From: Candidatus Thorarchaeota archaeon
GTDB lineage: Archaea > Asgardarchaeota > Thorarchaeia > Thorarchaeales > Thorarchaeaceae
Direction of reading: 5' to 3'
Length of the DNA: 64,000 nucleotides
Assembly: GCA_048884965.1 (NCBI GenBank)
Contig: JBHLQH010000003.1
Location: forward strand, 129,809 to 193,808
Both the position numbers and the translations under genes were made by a program. The notes beneath the pieces were generated by a model that was not told the DNA's origin, ran no database searches, and worked only from the letters and a program-made list of their open reading frames with translations. Each line of letters opens with the position of its first letter. Positions within the stretch are counted from its first letter, which is position 1. Shown here piece after piece: positions 31,095-41,507 of this stretch.

Positions 31095-31915
31095 TTTTGA
31101 TTGATGGCGTCCATTTCGCATATGATGGCATCTATACTGCCTTACAAGACGTGTCCCTGCAGATAGACTCTGGAGAACGTGTCGCCATTATGGGAGCTAA
31201 TGGAGCTGGAAAGACCACTCTTGTGAAGCACATGAACGGTCTCCTTAGACCTCAAAAGGGAAATGTCTTCATCAATGGTCGTGATGCTAGCAAGATGTCC
31301 GTAGCAGAGATTGCACGCATAGTTGGTCTCGTCTGGCAGAATCCCGATCATCAGCTTTTCCTCGATACAGTTGAGAAGGAAATCACATTTGGGCTCCGTA
31401 ACATTGGATACAGTAATGAAGAGGCCATGGAACGTTGTTTGAGAACTCTTTCTGTTCTTGGGCTTGAGGAACTAGTTGAAAGATCACCTTTCTCCCTTTC
31501 AGGAGGTGAGAGGAAACGTGTTGCATTGGCATCTGTGCTTGCGATTGAGCCAAAGGTCTTGGCTTTAGATGAACCTACAATTGGTCAGGACGCTCGACAA
31601 AAGGAAAACTTGTCAACAATGCTCATGGATATGAATGCAAGTGGTTGTGTTGTAATCTGTGTCACTCACGATATCGAATTCGTGATAGAACACTTCCCAC
31701 GTACTATCGCCATGGCGAATGGAGAAATCATAGCAGATGGACCAACTGAGTCAGTGCTTACAAATGATCAAGTAATCGAAACATGCTCACTGACTCCTCC
31801 CGAACTAACTCAAGCATCACGTGCATTGAATTCGCGATTCTCTACCATCTCACCGCGCCTCACACGTTTGCAAGAGCTTGAGGACGCAATAGCATCTCTC
31901 ATAGGAGGGAACTGA
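31091..31915 (+). CDS. ecfA: ECF transporter ATPase A'
   Basis: GANGAGKT, QNPDHQLF, SPFSLSGGE, DEPT. Confidence 0.9.
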   Translation: MILIDGVHFAYDGIYTALQDVSLQIDSGERVAIMGANGAGKTTLVKHMNGLLRPQKGNVFINGRDASKMSVAEIARIVGLVWQNPDHQLFLDTVEKEITFGLRNIGYSNEEAMERCLRTLSVLGLEELVERSPFSLSGGERKRVALASVLAIEPKVLALDEPTIGQDARQKENLSTMLMDMNASGCVVICVTHDIEFVIEHFPRTIAMANGEIIADGPTESVLTNDQVIETCSLTPPELTQASRALNSRFSTISPRLTRLQELEDAIASLIGGN

Positions 31916-32686
31916 ATGTCGTTCCTAGAAGTATTCCAGTATACTCGGCAGGAATCTATCATTCACAAACTGGACCCTCGCGCAAAGCTAGTTCTCTCGA
32001 TTTGCCTAGCTGGCGTTTCACTTATGTTCAATGATATCATTCCCATGTTGCTTCTGATTTGCTTTCTAGTACCACTCATTGCCGCAGCAAAATCATTGAA
32101 GAGATGGGCAAAGAGCATGAAGGGATTGCTTCCCCTCCTTTTGTTCATCATCATATTCAACACCCTACTTTCAACGGTTGAGCATCCGTTTTCACACTCA
32201 TTAGGACTATCATTTCGTCTTGTTGCATTGATGAGTTCATTTTCGTTGTTCTTCCTAACAGTTCATCCAGATGAGCTATCCCAAGCATTGATTCAGATGC
32301 GAGTGAGATTCGAATTCGCCTTCGCGATGAGCATGGCCATGCGATACGTTCCAACCTTAGGTCAGGAAGCATATGCCATTATGGATGCACAACGAGCTAG
32401 AGGTGTGGAATTGGACAAGGGGAATATACTAACTAGAATACGCAATATTGTTCCAATAATCGTGCCTTTGATCATCGTTTCAATTCGACGTGCACTTTCC
32501 ATAGCCGAGAGCATGGAATCCCGAGGATTTGGAGCCTCAGAGAAACGTACCTACATGGATACCCTCACTTTCCGAAAACGGGATTGGGCAACGGTCTTCC
32601 TTTCACTCAGCGTACTGACACTCCTAATCTATTTCAGGTTCTTCCTCACCATTCCAGAGTGGCTGCTTTGGGGACTTCCTTTCTGA
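31916..32686 (+). CDS. ecfT: ECF transporter transmembrane component T
   Basis: HKLDPRAK, RYVP, AQRARG and MESRGF motifs. Confidence 0.92.
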   Translation: MSFLEVFQYTRQESIIHKLDPRAKLVLSICLAGVSLMFNDIIPMLLLICFLVPLIAAAKSLKRWAKSMKGLLPLLLFIIIFNTLLSTVEHPFSHSLGLSFRLVALMSSFSLFFLTVHPDELSQALIQMRVRFEFAFAMSMAMRYVPTLGQEAYAIMDAQRARGVELDKGNILTRIRNIVPIIVPLIIVSIRRALSIAESMESRGFGASEKRTYMDTLTFRKRDWATVFLSLSVLTLLIYFRFFLTIPEWLLWGLPF

Positions 32687-32818
32687 TTTAGCAATTCTTC
32701 CTAGTGTTCCTTTATCTAATGATATCACTCAATCAACCGTCAAATCCCCTGAAGAGATAAGATGTGATCAGCATCTTAACTGGTGATTGGGGGTCTATCT
32801 TGATACAATTTATCTGCA

Positions 32819-33421
32819 ATGGTAGCAATAGAATACAGAGTGGGTGATGTTGAGGTGAGCTTCCAAAAGAGGAAGAAGTATACGGTTAAGGATGTAGTAA
32901 ATGATCTCAAGAAAATGGATGCTACTCCAAGTATAGCCTATGATATTGGCAATCAGCTGGTATACTATCAGTGGACATGTTGCGGACAGACACTTGGGAA
33001 TGATCATCCCATTACTGTTCACTTTAAGGAATTCCTTGATTTCCTCCAAGACGAATATGAGAAGATGTTGGTTAGAGGGGATTTCTGGCGAACGAATGAC
33101 ACTCCAAATGCTGCATTCAACCAGTTTCTAAAGGAGAAACCTGAAGAGTTCCTCGATTTCGAATTTGAGAGGTCTCCTGAGTACATATACGATCTTTTAA
33201 TTCGAGCATCAAAGGGAAAAGAATCTGAGATCAAGAAGTACAAGATTGTCAAGAAGAATGTCAAAAAGCTAATCAAAGACAATCCTGAGGATGCAGATCT
33301 ATGGAATGAATTGCGCCTTGTTCACTGGATTCTTGGTGAGTATAAGGAGTCGAGTACTGCATTCAAGACCGCGAGGGACCACGGTTGGACCGGGGCCATC
33401 TCCAGTGTAGTAGGTTTGTAG
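32819..33421 (+). CDS. Hypothetical protein with C-terminal TPR-like helix pair
   Basis: NPEDADLWNELRLVHWILGEYKES resembles a TPR. Confidence 0.65.
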   Translation: MVAIEYRVGDVEVSFQKRKKYTVKDVVNDLKKMDATPSIAYDIGNQLVYYQWTCCGQTLGNDHPITVHFKEFLDFLQDEYEKMLVRGDFWRTNDTPNAAFNQFLKEKPEEFLDFEFERSPEYIYDLLIRASKGKESEIKKYKIVKKNVKKLIKDNPEDADLWNELRLVHWILGEYKESSTAFKTARDHGWTGAISSVVGL

Positions 33422-33455
33422 CAATTCAGCGTACTAGGATAACATATCCTACCAT

Positions 33456-33806
33456 TTAGATTGGACTGGTAGTATACAGAAACACCTGAAACTCCAATGC
33501 TCTCCCTTCAAGGTCTCTAGCAAAGAATTGATAGATGCGATACTTGCTGTTCTCATGAGGTGCATCAATAGTTATGTCTCTGATTCTCTCGTAAATGCGA
33601 TCAACCTCCTCTCTGGAATCATACACGAATGTGATCATGCCTTCGATTTCTTCATGTTCCCTCTGACAGAACCCTATCAGCATGTTTCCATGTTTGAGAA
33701 TAGTACATCCGGGCTGCTCCAACCATATTGTCATTCCAAGTGTATTGATATAAAATTCAACCAGCTGGCTTAGTATTCGAGTTTTGAAGAAGATTATTCC
33801 GCCCAT
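33456..33806 (-). CDS. VOC/glyoxalase family protein
   Basis: EFYINTLGM...YQFFARDLEGRALEFQ. Confidence 0.85.
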   Translation of the reverse strand: MGGIIFFKTRILSQLVEFYINTLGMTIWLEQPGCTILKHGNMLIGFCQREHEEIEGMITFVYDSREEVDRIYERIRDITIDAPHENSKYRIYQFFARDLEGRALEFQVFLYTTSPI

Positions 33807-33960
33807 ATCCCCGCATGATAGCCAGGTATTGAAGTAATTTCCGATTCCTGACCATTACATTCTGAGAAAGTCTCCCTTTGGCAATTGAAAAGCTCTTTTC
33901 CGCACTTACGGGTTACCGTAAATAGATATTCACTATTTGTTCTAGATATACTGAAACACA

Positions 33961-34356
33961 ATGAAACCCAATCCGGACCTCTATCAACAATGCAAAGACC
34001 TCCTGAGCAAACCGATTGCGTCAGAATCATCAGACAATCCAGAAGTAATCACTTCACTATGGCAAAGCGACTGGGTTCGGATTCTTTTAGTACGGAACAT
34101 AGACAATCCTGATTGGACAACTATCGAGATTGAATCATCTTTGCCTCTTCGCGTTCAAGGAGAACATAAGAACATAGCAGGAGGGCTTGAAACACGGGAA
34201 TTGCTCAACGGTATGATTCAAACACTTGAGTACCTCCTTCGACTTCAAGATGCTGGTTTCTCACTGGATATCATTGGCCAAGATTGCATGTGGACCGCAT
34301 TTTTGGAATTCGACGCTCTTCCAGCTCAATCCTTCTTCGAGGCCCTGATTCCCTGA
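33961..34356 (+). CDS. Hypothetical protein, paralog of 38136..38546
   Basis: Shared VRI.L.R, IE.SLP, LEYL..L...GFSL.I, F.AL.P. Confidence 0.75.
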   Translation: MKPNPDLYQQCKDLLSKPIASESSDNPEVITSLWQSDWVRILLVRNIDNPDWTTIEIESSLPLRVQGEHKNIAGGLETRELLNGMIQTLEYLLRLQDAGFSLDIIGQDCMWTAFLEFDALPAQSFFEALIP

Positions 34357-34710
34357 TTCTGTATCACATCTTCGCGGCATCTGTGGCTATCTCTGTTTGA
34401 TTGGTACCATATTCCTCTATACTTCAAACTAGATGTCATAATCCTACCATCTTATCGCCTCTCAATCTTTTCTTTTCTGAAGATCTCTTGGGCACTGAGA
34501 ATAGATTCTTTCAATCAAGACGATTGGAGAATATTCAATATTGTTAAGCATTTAAAATCCCTGTTTGAGATCCAATTTCTACATTTTAGCCAATTTCCGA
34601 ACTAATTGGTTCGCATTTCTGCTCGCTTGACTACATATTAGCTCATTTCTGAACCTGCTGAATCCCGTGATATAATATCCACATTATTGCACATAGATAA
34701 GTGAACTACA

Positions 34711-35013
34711 ATGACAATGGGTGTAAGTATTCCAAAGAGTGCGAGAGTGGTGCTACACAGCTTAGCTACAACAGGACCGATGTCCCCCAAAGAGATTAGC
34801 AGAAGGTCCGATCTTCCACTGCGAACGGTCAGCTTTGCAATTAGACGGCTAACCGCATGGAATCTCCTCCGACGAATTCCCAATTTGCAGGATATGCGTC
34901 AACCTCTCTATAATATTGAGAATGACGAAGTAAGGAAGCTATTGGTGAAGAGTGGGGCCGATTCTTTGGTCAAGATACCACATTCGCTTCTCGACATGAG
35001 AAAAGCCGTCTAA
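34711..35013 (+). CDS. Small archaeal MarR-like winged-helix regulator
   Basis: PKSARVVL...GPMSPKEI...LPLRTVSFAIRRL...DMRQPLY. Confidence 0.82.
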   Translation: MTMGVSIPKSARVVLHSLATTGPMSPKEISRRSDLPLRTVSFAIRRLTAWNLLRRIPNLQDMRQPLYNIENDEVRKLLVKSGADSLVKIPHSLLDMRKAV

Positions 35014-35074
35014 TCCACAGATTCCTCTCGTCTTAGAATTACAATTGACATAACTCCTCCCTCTATCTCTCAAT

Positions 35075-35100
35075 GGGCCTTGCCCTCCTATGCAAGGCCC
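35075..35100 (+). terminator. Perfect 9-bp stem-loop after small wHTH gene
   Basis: gggccttgc-cctcctat-gcaaggccc flanked by CT-rich tracts. Confidence 0.5.
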
Positions 35101-35210
35101 TCCCTCGTTAATTCTTATTTTCTGATAGTCCGATGCTTCGTACGTTATCTTTTTCTCTTCACCATCACTCGAAAATTTGCTTGTATGAGTCTTTTGAGAG
35201 GTGATGATGC

Positions 35211-36110
35211 GTGGATGCTCTTGACAAAGGTATATTGCTCGATTTATTATCGAACTGTAGATTGACCTATGAAGAGCTCTCTCGTAATCATGGCGTTTCT
35301 GCAAACGCTATTCGAAAAAGAGTTCTCAAGCTCGAAGAAACAAAAGTAATTGATAGCTATACAGTCTATCTCTCCCCCGAAATGGCCAGAGTTGAACAAA
35401 TGTTTGGCCTTTTGCAAACTGAAGGGTCACTAGATGAAGTTGAGCTAGTGAATCGGATATCTCAGAACCCTTGTATAGTTGCTGCGTCTTCCTATACCGA
35501 TGGAACCTATGCGCTTGTAGGGGAGTATACCAATACAAATGAGCTGATGGGGATTGGAACGCACCTACGCTCACTAGAAAGCGTGAAACATGTGGAGATG
35601 CATACTGTCCTCCAGAATCGAGGAGGCTCCATGGAAATGGGTAGCCTCCATCTACGTGTTCTAAAGTGCTTAGTCCAAGATCCCCGGATGTCAATCATAG
35701 AAATCACTGGCATGACGGGGCTAACCGCAAGACGAGTCAGAAAGATACTACAAGAGATTCAGGAAAGCAAGGCGATACGGTGCTCACTGAATCTTGAATT
35801 AGGTGCTGCAAGCGATATCCCTTTTCTCATATGGCTTGCTTACGACCAGACTGCTATCACACCTGAGGAATTTATGGCATGGCTTTGGGAATCCTACTCC
35901 CTCCCACTTTGGCAGGTGTACCTTTCTGCATCTGAACCTGTCGCCATTTGCTTGTTTGCAGTAGACGCACTCACTGAACTTGATGAGATTGTGCGATCTA
36001 TTAGGAAGAACGACTTCATTGAACGGGCAAAGGTCACCATTAGCACTCATCATAAGTACTTTGACGGTCCTCGACGCAGACTGCTCTTCGAGATGGTTAG
36101 CACAATCTGA
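35211..36110 (+). CDS. Duplicated-domain Lrp/AsnC transcriptional regulator
   Basis: MDALDKGIL...NCRLTY..L and a second HTH LRVLKCLVQDPRMS, each followed by a RAM-like domain. Confidence 0.88.
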   Translation: MDALDKGILLDLLSNCRLTYEELSRNHGVSANAIRKRVLKLEETKVIDSYTVYLSPEMARVEQMFGLLQTEGSLDEVELVNRISQNPCIVAASSYTDGTYALVGEYTNTNELMGIGTHLRSLESVKHVEMHTVLQNRGGSMEMGSLHLRVLKCLVQDPRMSIIEITGMTGLTARRVRKILQEIQESKAIRCSLNLELGAASDIPFLIWLAYDQTAITPEEFMAWLWESYSLPLWQVYLSASEPVAICLFAVDALTELDEIVRSIRKNDFIERAKVTISTHHKYFDGPRRRLLFEMVSTI

Positions 36111-36127
36111 TATGAGCAAATGAGCTT

Positions 36128-38038
36128 CTAGATTATCTTCCTTTGACGAAGTGCTCGAAGAGGTACTACAATCACTATCACGACAACTACTGCAGTTATC
36201 GTGAGGAATACCAAGTCCACTCCGAAATCCAACCGCACATTCCTGTATACATAGGATGTTGTTTCTGCATCTGGCAATTGCACGAGGATGTACCCTGAGT
36301 AGTCTAACTGAATCTCACTAGGATTATTGACCAACGGGAATGAGCAATCCGTGGTGCCATTCACCCAGACTACTGTATCGACCACTACATTATCTGAGTC
36401 ATCAAGGATTTTGATTGGAATCTCCTGCCGATAGGCATGGTCATTCGATTCTTCATTAAGATCAATTATCCTGATGGTAAGAGTTGACTCTTGTGTATTG
36501 AAGACAGCATCGTCAATTGCATAGTCCGGTAGTAATCCATTACTAAACCATGGTAAAAAGAACCAATCCAAGTCAGAGCCATAGACAGACTCGAATGACT
36601 CCTGAAGATCGTTCAGAGTTGCGATACCAAACGAATAGCCATCAAAAAAGTGCCTCAAGCTGCCAAGAAATGCCTCTTCTCCAATGGTACGCCGAAGCTT
36701 TTCTAGGATTAGCGGAGTCTGAATATAATCAACGAAACTTGTGAGCTCTGGCCTGACCGTGTTGGAACGGTTGATGATGCTCCCTGATTGATAACTAGCA
36801 TAGAATGTCCTGACGCTTTCAAGATAGGTCGTTGCTTGGAAGTACTCCCAGTCCGAATAGTATTGCTCAGCATAGTAGGAGTGTGACCAACTGGTTAGTC
36901 CTTCGTCAAGGAATCCCCAATCGACACAGTCATCGCCAACCAGCTGTGACCACCACTGATGAGCGACTTCATGAACAATCACAAGCTCATGGTACCAAGG
37001 AACTCGGGTACCTTCTTGTATTTGCTCCGCGATGATTCTTGTGACATATACTTGGCATGGATATTCCATCCCTCCATAGTATGCATGCTGCTCAACGACA
37101 TTCAGACTTGGATATGGATATGCTCCAAATGTAGAGTTGAACAATTCCAGTGCTTGAGTGGTTTCCTCTATCGCTACTGTTTCCCAGATACTCGTGGATG
37201 CTGGTAGATAGTACGTTGTAATGTTGACGCCATTAAAGACAGTGGACTCGATCTGGTAGTATCGAGAAGCTGAGAAGGTCACTTCGCGGACCGGCTGATC
37301 TATTTCGTAGTGGTAGATGGTTCGTCCATCTTGACCTATGACCTCTATTGGTACTCCGGTTGCAGCAACAGTCATCTCCTGAGGCACATCAATGTGGAGA
37401 TCAAAGTATGCCATATCGAAGTAGAAGGGATCGCCCGCATCGATGTATGGATCTGTGTTCCATCCATCATAGACATCGTAGACACATGGCATAGGATAGA
37501 AGCCTGTGAATGTGTATATTCTGTCCTGCCCGATATCTGTACCTGAAACTCCGGATCTATCAATACCATCAGGTAGGATAGTCGTGAAGCTGATATTCAT
37601 CGAGAGGAACTCTCCTGGTGCCAATGGGCTCTCGAGCTCGATCCATGCTAGCTGTTGAGAGGCTCTAACGTCGATATCCGTTACATTTGGTGAGGTTCCA
37701 CGCGATGTGATACTATGTATGGTGATACTGCCCGGTTGCGTTTCATATCTCATTCCTGATGGGTAGAGATGAAACGGGATCTCATCAAAGGCAATATTCT
37801 CTGCATTGTAGTAGTCTATCAGAAGAATCCCGTCAACAGATGCCTCTGACTCATTCATGGTGATTGAGAGATTGAGCTTGGACAACTCGGTATCATAGAA
37901 AGAATTCGTTGCTATCTCGCCACTATTTTTTTCCAAGATCTGTGTGCTATTCTTTGAAGGCATAAGAACCGTCGTACTCAAAAACATCGAAGAAACTAGC
38001 ACGAATACCATAGCTATTGAGAAACCTTCTCGAGTCAC
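36128..38038 (-). CDS. Membrane-anchored M1 family aminopeptidase
   Basis: GGMEY, HEVAH-x18-E, N-terminal signal/anchor, C-terminal TM plus basic tail. Confidence 0.9.
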   Translation of the reverse strand: MTREGFSIAMVFVLVSSMFLSTTVLMPSKNSTQILEKNSGEIATNSFYDTELSKLNLSITMNESEASVDGILLIDYYNAENIAFDEIPFHLYPSGMRYETQPGSITIHSITSRGTSPNVTDIDVRASQQLAWIELESPLAPGEFLSMNISFTTILPDGIDRSGVSGTDIGQDRIYTFTGFYPMPCVYDVYDGWNTDPYIDAGDPFYFDMAYFDLHIDVPQEMTVAATGVPIEVIGQDGRTIYHYEIDQPVREVTFSASRYYQIESTVFNGVNITTYYLPASTSIWETVAIEETTQALELFNSTFGAYPYPSLNVVEQHAYYGGMEYPCQVYVTRIIAEQIQEGTRVPWYHELVIVHEVAHQWWSQLVGDDCVDWGFLDEGLTSWSHSYYAEQYYSDWEYFQATTYLESVRTFYASYQSGSIINRSNTVRPELTSFVDYIQTPLILEKLRRTIGEEAFLGSLRHFFDGYSFGIATLNDLQESFESVYGSDLDWFFLPWFSNGLLPDYAIDDAVFNTQESTLTIRIIDLNEESNDHAYRQEIPIKILDDSDNVVVDTVVWVNGTTDCSFPLVNNPSEIQLDYSGYILVQLPDAETTSYVYRNVRLDFGVDLVFLTITAVVVVIVIVVPLRALRQRKII

Positions 38039-38135
38039 CAGACTATTCCTCCTGATACTATTCCTAATACGCTGTAATTAGATAAGGGCTTGTTTTGGCG
38101 TATTCTGATTGGGATGAAAGACTCATTCTTCTAAT

Positions 38136-38546
38136 TTACTGCTCATCTACTCCTAGAGATAATTCTGGAGGTTCAAGGGCTTTGAACAACTCCTCATCTG
38201 CATTTTTCTTCAAGAAACCTGAGGCTGTGAGAATTCCCTCTTCTTCAAATATCTCCAAGCTGAAACCCATAGCTCCCAGGTTTTTCAGATATTCAAGGAT
38301 GGCAATTAGACGATCTATGGTTTCCTGTATTACTGAGGTATCTGAAGTAGCTGACAGGGATGGCAGAGAAGCCTCGATATCAACTTCAATGTCATCTATT
38401 TTGTCTACATATCTGGTCAGAATAATTCGCACTGTGCTGGTTTCAAGAAGTATCTCCGAAAGCTGATGCCTCCGATTGGAAACGATGTGGGAGAGGTCGG
38501 CATGAACAAAACGCCTGAACCTCTCCATCATCTCGGTCGAATTCAT
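38136..38546 (-). CDS. Hypothetical protein, paralog of 33961..34356
   Basis: Same motif series as the 33961 protein. Confidence 0.75.
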   Translation of the reverse strand: MNSTEMMERFRRFVHADLSHIVSNRRHQLSEILLETSTVRIILTRYVDKIDDIEVDIEASLPSLSATSDTSVIQETIDRLIAILEYLKNLGAMGFSLEIFEEEGILTASGFLKKNADEELFKALEPPELSLGVDEQ

Positions 38547-38563
38547 CTTGTGATTTCTCCAGA

Positions 38564-39346
38564 CTACAGCTCAGTTCTATCAAACACAGAAAGGGCAACG
38601 ACCGTGAATATAATGATTTGAACACATGCGGATAGAAGAATCCATTCAAGACCTATAACAGGATCGCCTGTGATAAAACCAAGTCCCATTATAGGAAGTG
38701 AGTATGGTATCAGAAACAGGATCAGTGGGAAGTATCTCGCCATTATCTGTGCTCCAAGACCTACTCCTACAGCTGTTGCAAGAACCTTTCCTCTACTGGT
38801 TGTAAGAGTACCTAGCATTACTGTCAAGCTAGCAAAGTATACAACGACAATACCAGTGAGTCCGAGGTCAATGATAAATCCGGTTATGTTTGGACTGAAG
38901 CCAAATGCCACAAAGACTCCATATGCTACAAGACCATTAATTACCACCGAAATCCCAATGATTGCTAGAATGCTAGTTATCAATTTAGAGAGTAGATAGG
39001 ACTTCTTTGATACAGGTTTTGAGAGAATCCATGCAGATGTGCCTGACACCTTCTCATCGATAATGGTACCTTGAAGCAAAACAGGGATGAAGATAGAGAT
39101 AAGCAAGCCCAACATGCTAAAGAACGTCACTAAACCGAGAATATACGATGATGCCATCTCTTCCACCAAACCAGTAGGCAGACTGAACATGGTAGCAACT
39201 AGTCCGTTCGTAAAAAGAGTCCAGACCAGTAACTGCTGTATCCAATACATTCTGCTGCGCTCGTGATAGATTTCGCGACTGAATAGATTTCTCATCCCTG
39301 CGTACCAGGGTTCTGTGTTAGTTCGTTGTAATATTTCAGTTGTCAT
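38564..39346 (-). CDS. ABC-2 exporter permease
   Basis: DEKVSGTSAWILSKPVSK..YLLSK, 6 TM. Confidence 0.88.
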   Translation of the reverse strand: MTTEILQRTNTEPWYAGMRNLFSREIYHERSRMYWIQQLLVWTLFTNGLVATMFSLPTGLVEEMASSYILGLVTFFSMLGLLISIFIPVLLQGTIIDEKVSGTSAWILSKPVSKKSYLLSKLITSILAIIGISVVINGLVAYGVFVAFGFSPNITGFIIDLGLTGIVVVYFASLTVMLGTLTTSRGKVLATAVGVGLGAQIMARYFPLILFLIPYSLPIMGLGFITGDPVIGLEWILLSACVQIIIFTVVALSVFDRTEL

Positions 39347-40325
39347 TTCTTTTGTCCTCCACAAGTTTAAGGAATATCTCTTCCAACTCATACTTCTTGA
39401 TGCCAAATTCACAGACTGAGAGCGACTTATCTTCGAGAATGACTCTCAATAATTCGTCCTCTGCCATCACATCATCGTTTACAGAAACCAGCCATTGTGT
39501 CCTACCATTCAGCTTGGTCGTTTGTAAGGAATTCACCCATGTCTGCTTAGTGACTAGGTCCTCAGCTCTCTGCGGGTTTCCTTTCAGGATAATCGAATAG
39601 ACGGTGCCTTCTGCGCCTGCAAGAAGCTCGTTCAGAGTTGCACATGCAACGAGATTTCCTTTATTCAGGATCGCCACACGATCGCTGATTCTCTGTGCAT
39701 CATCAAGAATATGTGTTGAGTAGAATATAGTTGATCTACTTCGAAGCTCCTGCATCAAATCAAGAACATCCTCTCTACCCTGAGGATCCAACCCTGCTGC
39801 AGGTTCATCGAGTATGAGTAGTTCCGGGTCATTTATGAGAGCTTGAGCAATCCCAAGACGTTGTTTCTCTCCTCCTGAAAATCCCCTTGTTGGACGATCT
39901 GCCTTTCGATCAAGATCGACTAGATTTAGCAACCTTTCAATCTTGGTATCCAGTTGACTGCAATTGCCTTGATAGAAGAACTTGCCTGCGAATTTCAGGA
40001 TTTGACGAGGAGTCATATTTTCTGAGTAATGTTGATTCTGAGCCATGTAACCTACTCTGGAACGAATCATTTTGTTCTCCATAAGGAAGTCATGACCTAG
40101 AATGGTTCCGCCGCCTGATGTGGGTCGAGCCAAGCCCAAGAGTAGCTTGATTGTGGTCGTCTTCCCAGCACCATTTGGACCTAAGAATGCGAAGACTGAG
40201 TTCTTCGGCACCTGTAGATTAAGCCCTTTCAACGCATAGAGATCACCAAAAGCCTTACTGAGGCCTTGGATTTCAATTGCGGAGTGGCTGTCGTTTATCT
40301 TCACTTTTTCTTGTGATTCTATCAT
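39336..40325 (-). CDS. ABC-2 exporter ATP-binding protein
   Basis: GPNGAGKT, FSGGEKQR, LDEP, STH. Confidence 0.93.
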   Translation of the reverse strand: MIESQEKVKINDSHSAIEIQGLSKAFGDLYALKGLNLQVPKNSVFAFLGPNGAGKTTTIKLLLGLARPTSGGGTILGHDFLMENKMIRSRVGYMAQNQHYSENMTPRQILKFAGKFFYQGNCSQLDTKIERLLNLVDLDRKADRPTRGFSGGEKQRLGIAQALINDPELLILDEPAAGLDPQGREDVLDLMQELRSRSTIFYSTHILDDAQRISDRVAILNKGNLVACATLNELLAGAEGTVYSIILKGNPQRAEDLVTKQTWVNSLQTTKLNGRTQWLVSVNDDVMAEDELLRVILEDKSLSVCEFGIKKYELEEIFLKLVEDKRNDN

Positions 40326-40464
40326 AGTGTTTCACAAGACAGTCATCCGTAGCAATTGGATATCTACCTGCGTCCGGTTCTAACTTGATATAATAACTAA
40401 AAGTAGGTCTAATTGCGTCATTTTGTTAGGTGTCTTCCTTACAAAATGGCTGAATTGAGTTCAT

Positions 40465-41379
40465 CTAGACTTCTGCGGCTTGGACGACCGCTTCAAGTCG
40501 AAGTCTCTTGATGCTTTTGTATCTATATGTTGGTCTGTATAAGAATGCTTCAGAGTAAGTTATCCCGGGATATGACTTCAAATTGGTTGTGATCGCGTCA
40601 ACGTCATTCATGCTATCAACGGTAGCAGCGACTACCAGAAAAGGCTCATTTGCAGAGGCAAGTATCTCCCAGAATTCCTCTTGATATCTCTTCACCATCA
40701 TTTCTATAATTTGCTCTCTTGATGTTTGCTTTGGGTCCCATCTCATCTTTAGAATGAATGTCACTCTCTCTCCTACATTGAGTCGCCAGATGAGCGTAAA
40801 CCTAATCGCTTCACTCTGCTTCAGCTCTCTTAGCGTCTTTCGAACAATGCGCACTGTCAGACCAGTTTCGCTGGCGATGTCATTGATTTGCATTCTAGCA
40901 TCCTTAAGGAGAGCTTTGAGAACTCTCAGCTGAAGGTGCGTGAGATCCACCTTCTTGCCATGTGGACTAAGCAGAGTATGCATCTCCATGGAGATGATGT
41001 GAGGAATTCTCCTGAAAGCCTCGGTAAGAGTAGCCAGCTCAAGTGAGCTAGTGTACTCTGCAATCACCATGAGGTCCCCTCCGTAAATGCGAGTAATCTG
41101 CATGATGCCTCTGATTAAAGCTATCTCTGAGATGAATTGCTCTATATCCTCTATAGCATCTGTTTTGAGCCACATATACAGAACATCAGAACCAATCATA
41201 GATGATGCGAACTCGACATGGAAACCTAGAATGACTCCCTTCTCAATCAGGTCATCGACTCTTCTCTTAACTGCAGTTGCGGACATCCCCAGAGATTTGG
41301 CTATCTCTCGATAGGATGTTCTACAGTCAGTCGCTAGTATGGTAAGGATTTGCTTGTCAATATTGTCCAGCTGAGGCAT
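40465..41379 (-). CDS. Duplicated-domain Lrp/AsnC regulator
   Basis: Two HTH-RAM units; close paralog of 43620..44534. Confidence 0.88.
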   Translation of the reverse strand: MPQLDNIDKQILTILATDCRTSYREIAKSLGMSATAVKRRVDDLIEKGVILGFHVEFASSMIGSDVLYMWLKTDAIEDIEQFISEIALIRGIMQITRIYGGDLMVIAEYTSSLELATLTEAFRRIPHIISMEMHTLLSPHGKKVDLTHLQLRVLKALLKDARMQINDIASETGLTVRIVRKTLRELKQSEAIRFTLIWRLNVGERVTFILKMRWDPKQTSREQIIEMMVKRYQEEFWEILASANEPFLVVAATVDSMNDVDAITTNLKSYPGITYSEAFLYRPTYRYKSIKRLRLEAVVQAAEV

Positions 41380-41484
41380 CAGAATTACTATTAGCAATCA
41401 GCTTCATGAAGATTTTGATACGAAGAATATAATGAGGTATCTCAAAAACAGAAAGCTAGAAGATTAAGAGCGTAATAAAGGGGG

Positions 41485-41503
41485 AGAGGGCACAATGCCC
41501 TCT
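41485..41503 (-). terminator. Stem-loop after ABC permease
   Basis: agagggca-caa-tgccctct followed on the minus strand by CCCCTTT. Confidence 0.5.
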
Positions 41504-41507
41504 TCAG

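Noticed and set aside
34357-34710. Hidden small gene in the long intergenic gap
   Set aside because: Only short ORFs without convincing composition; probably a regulatory region
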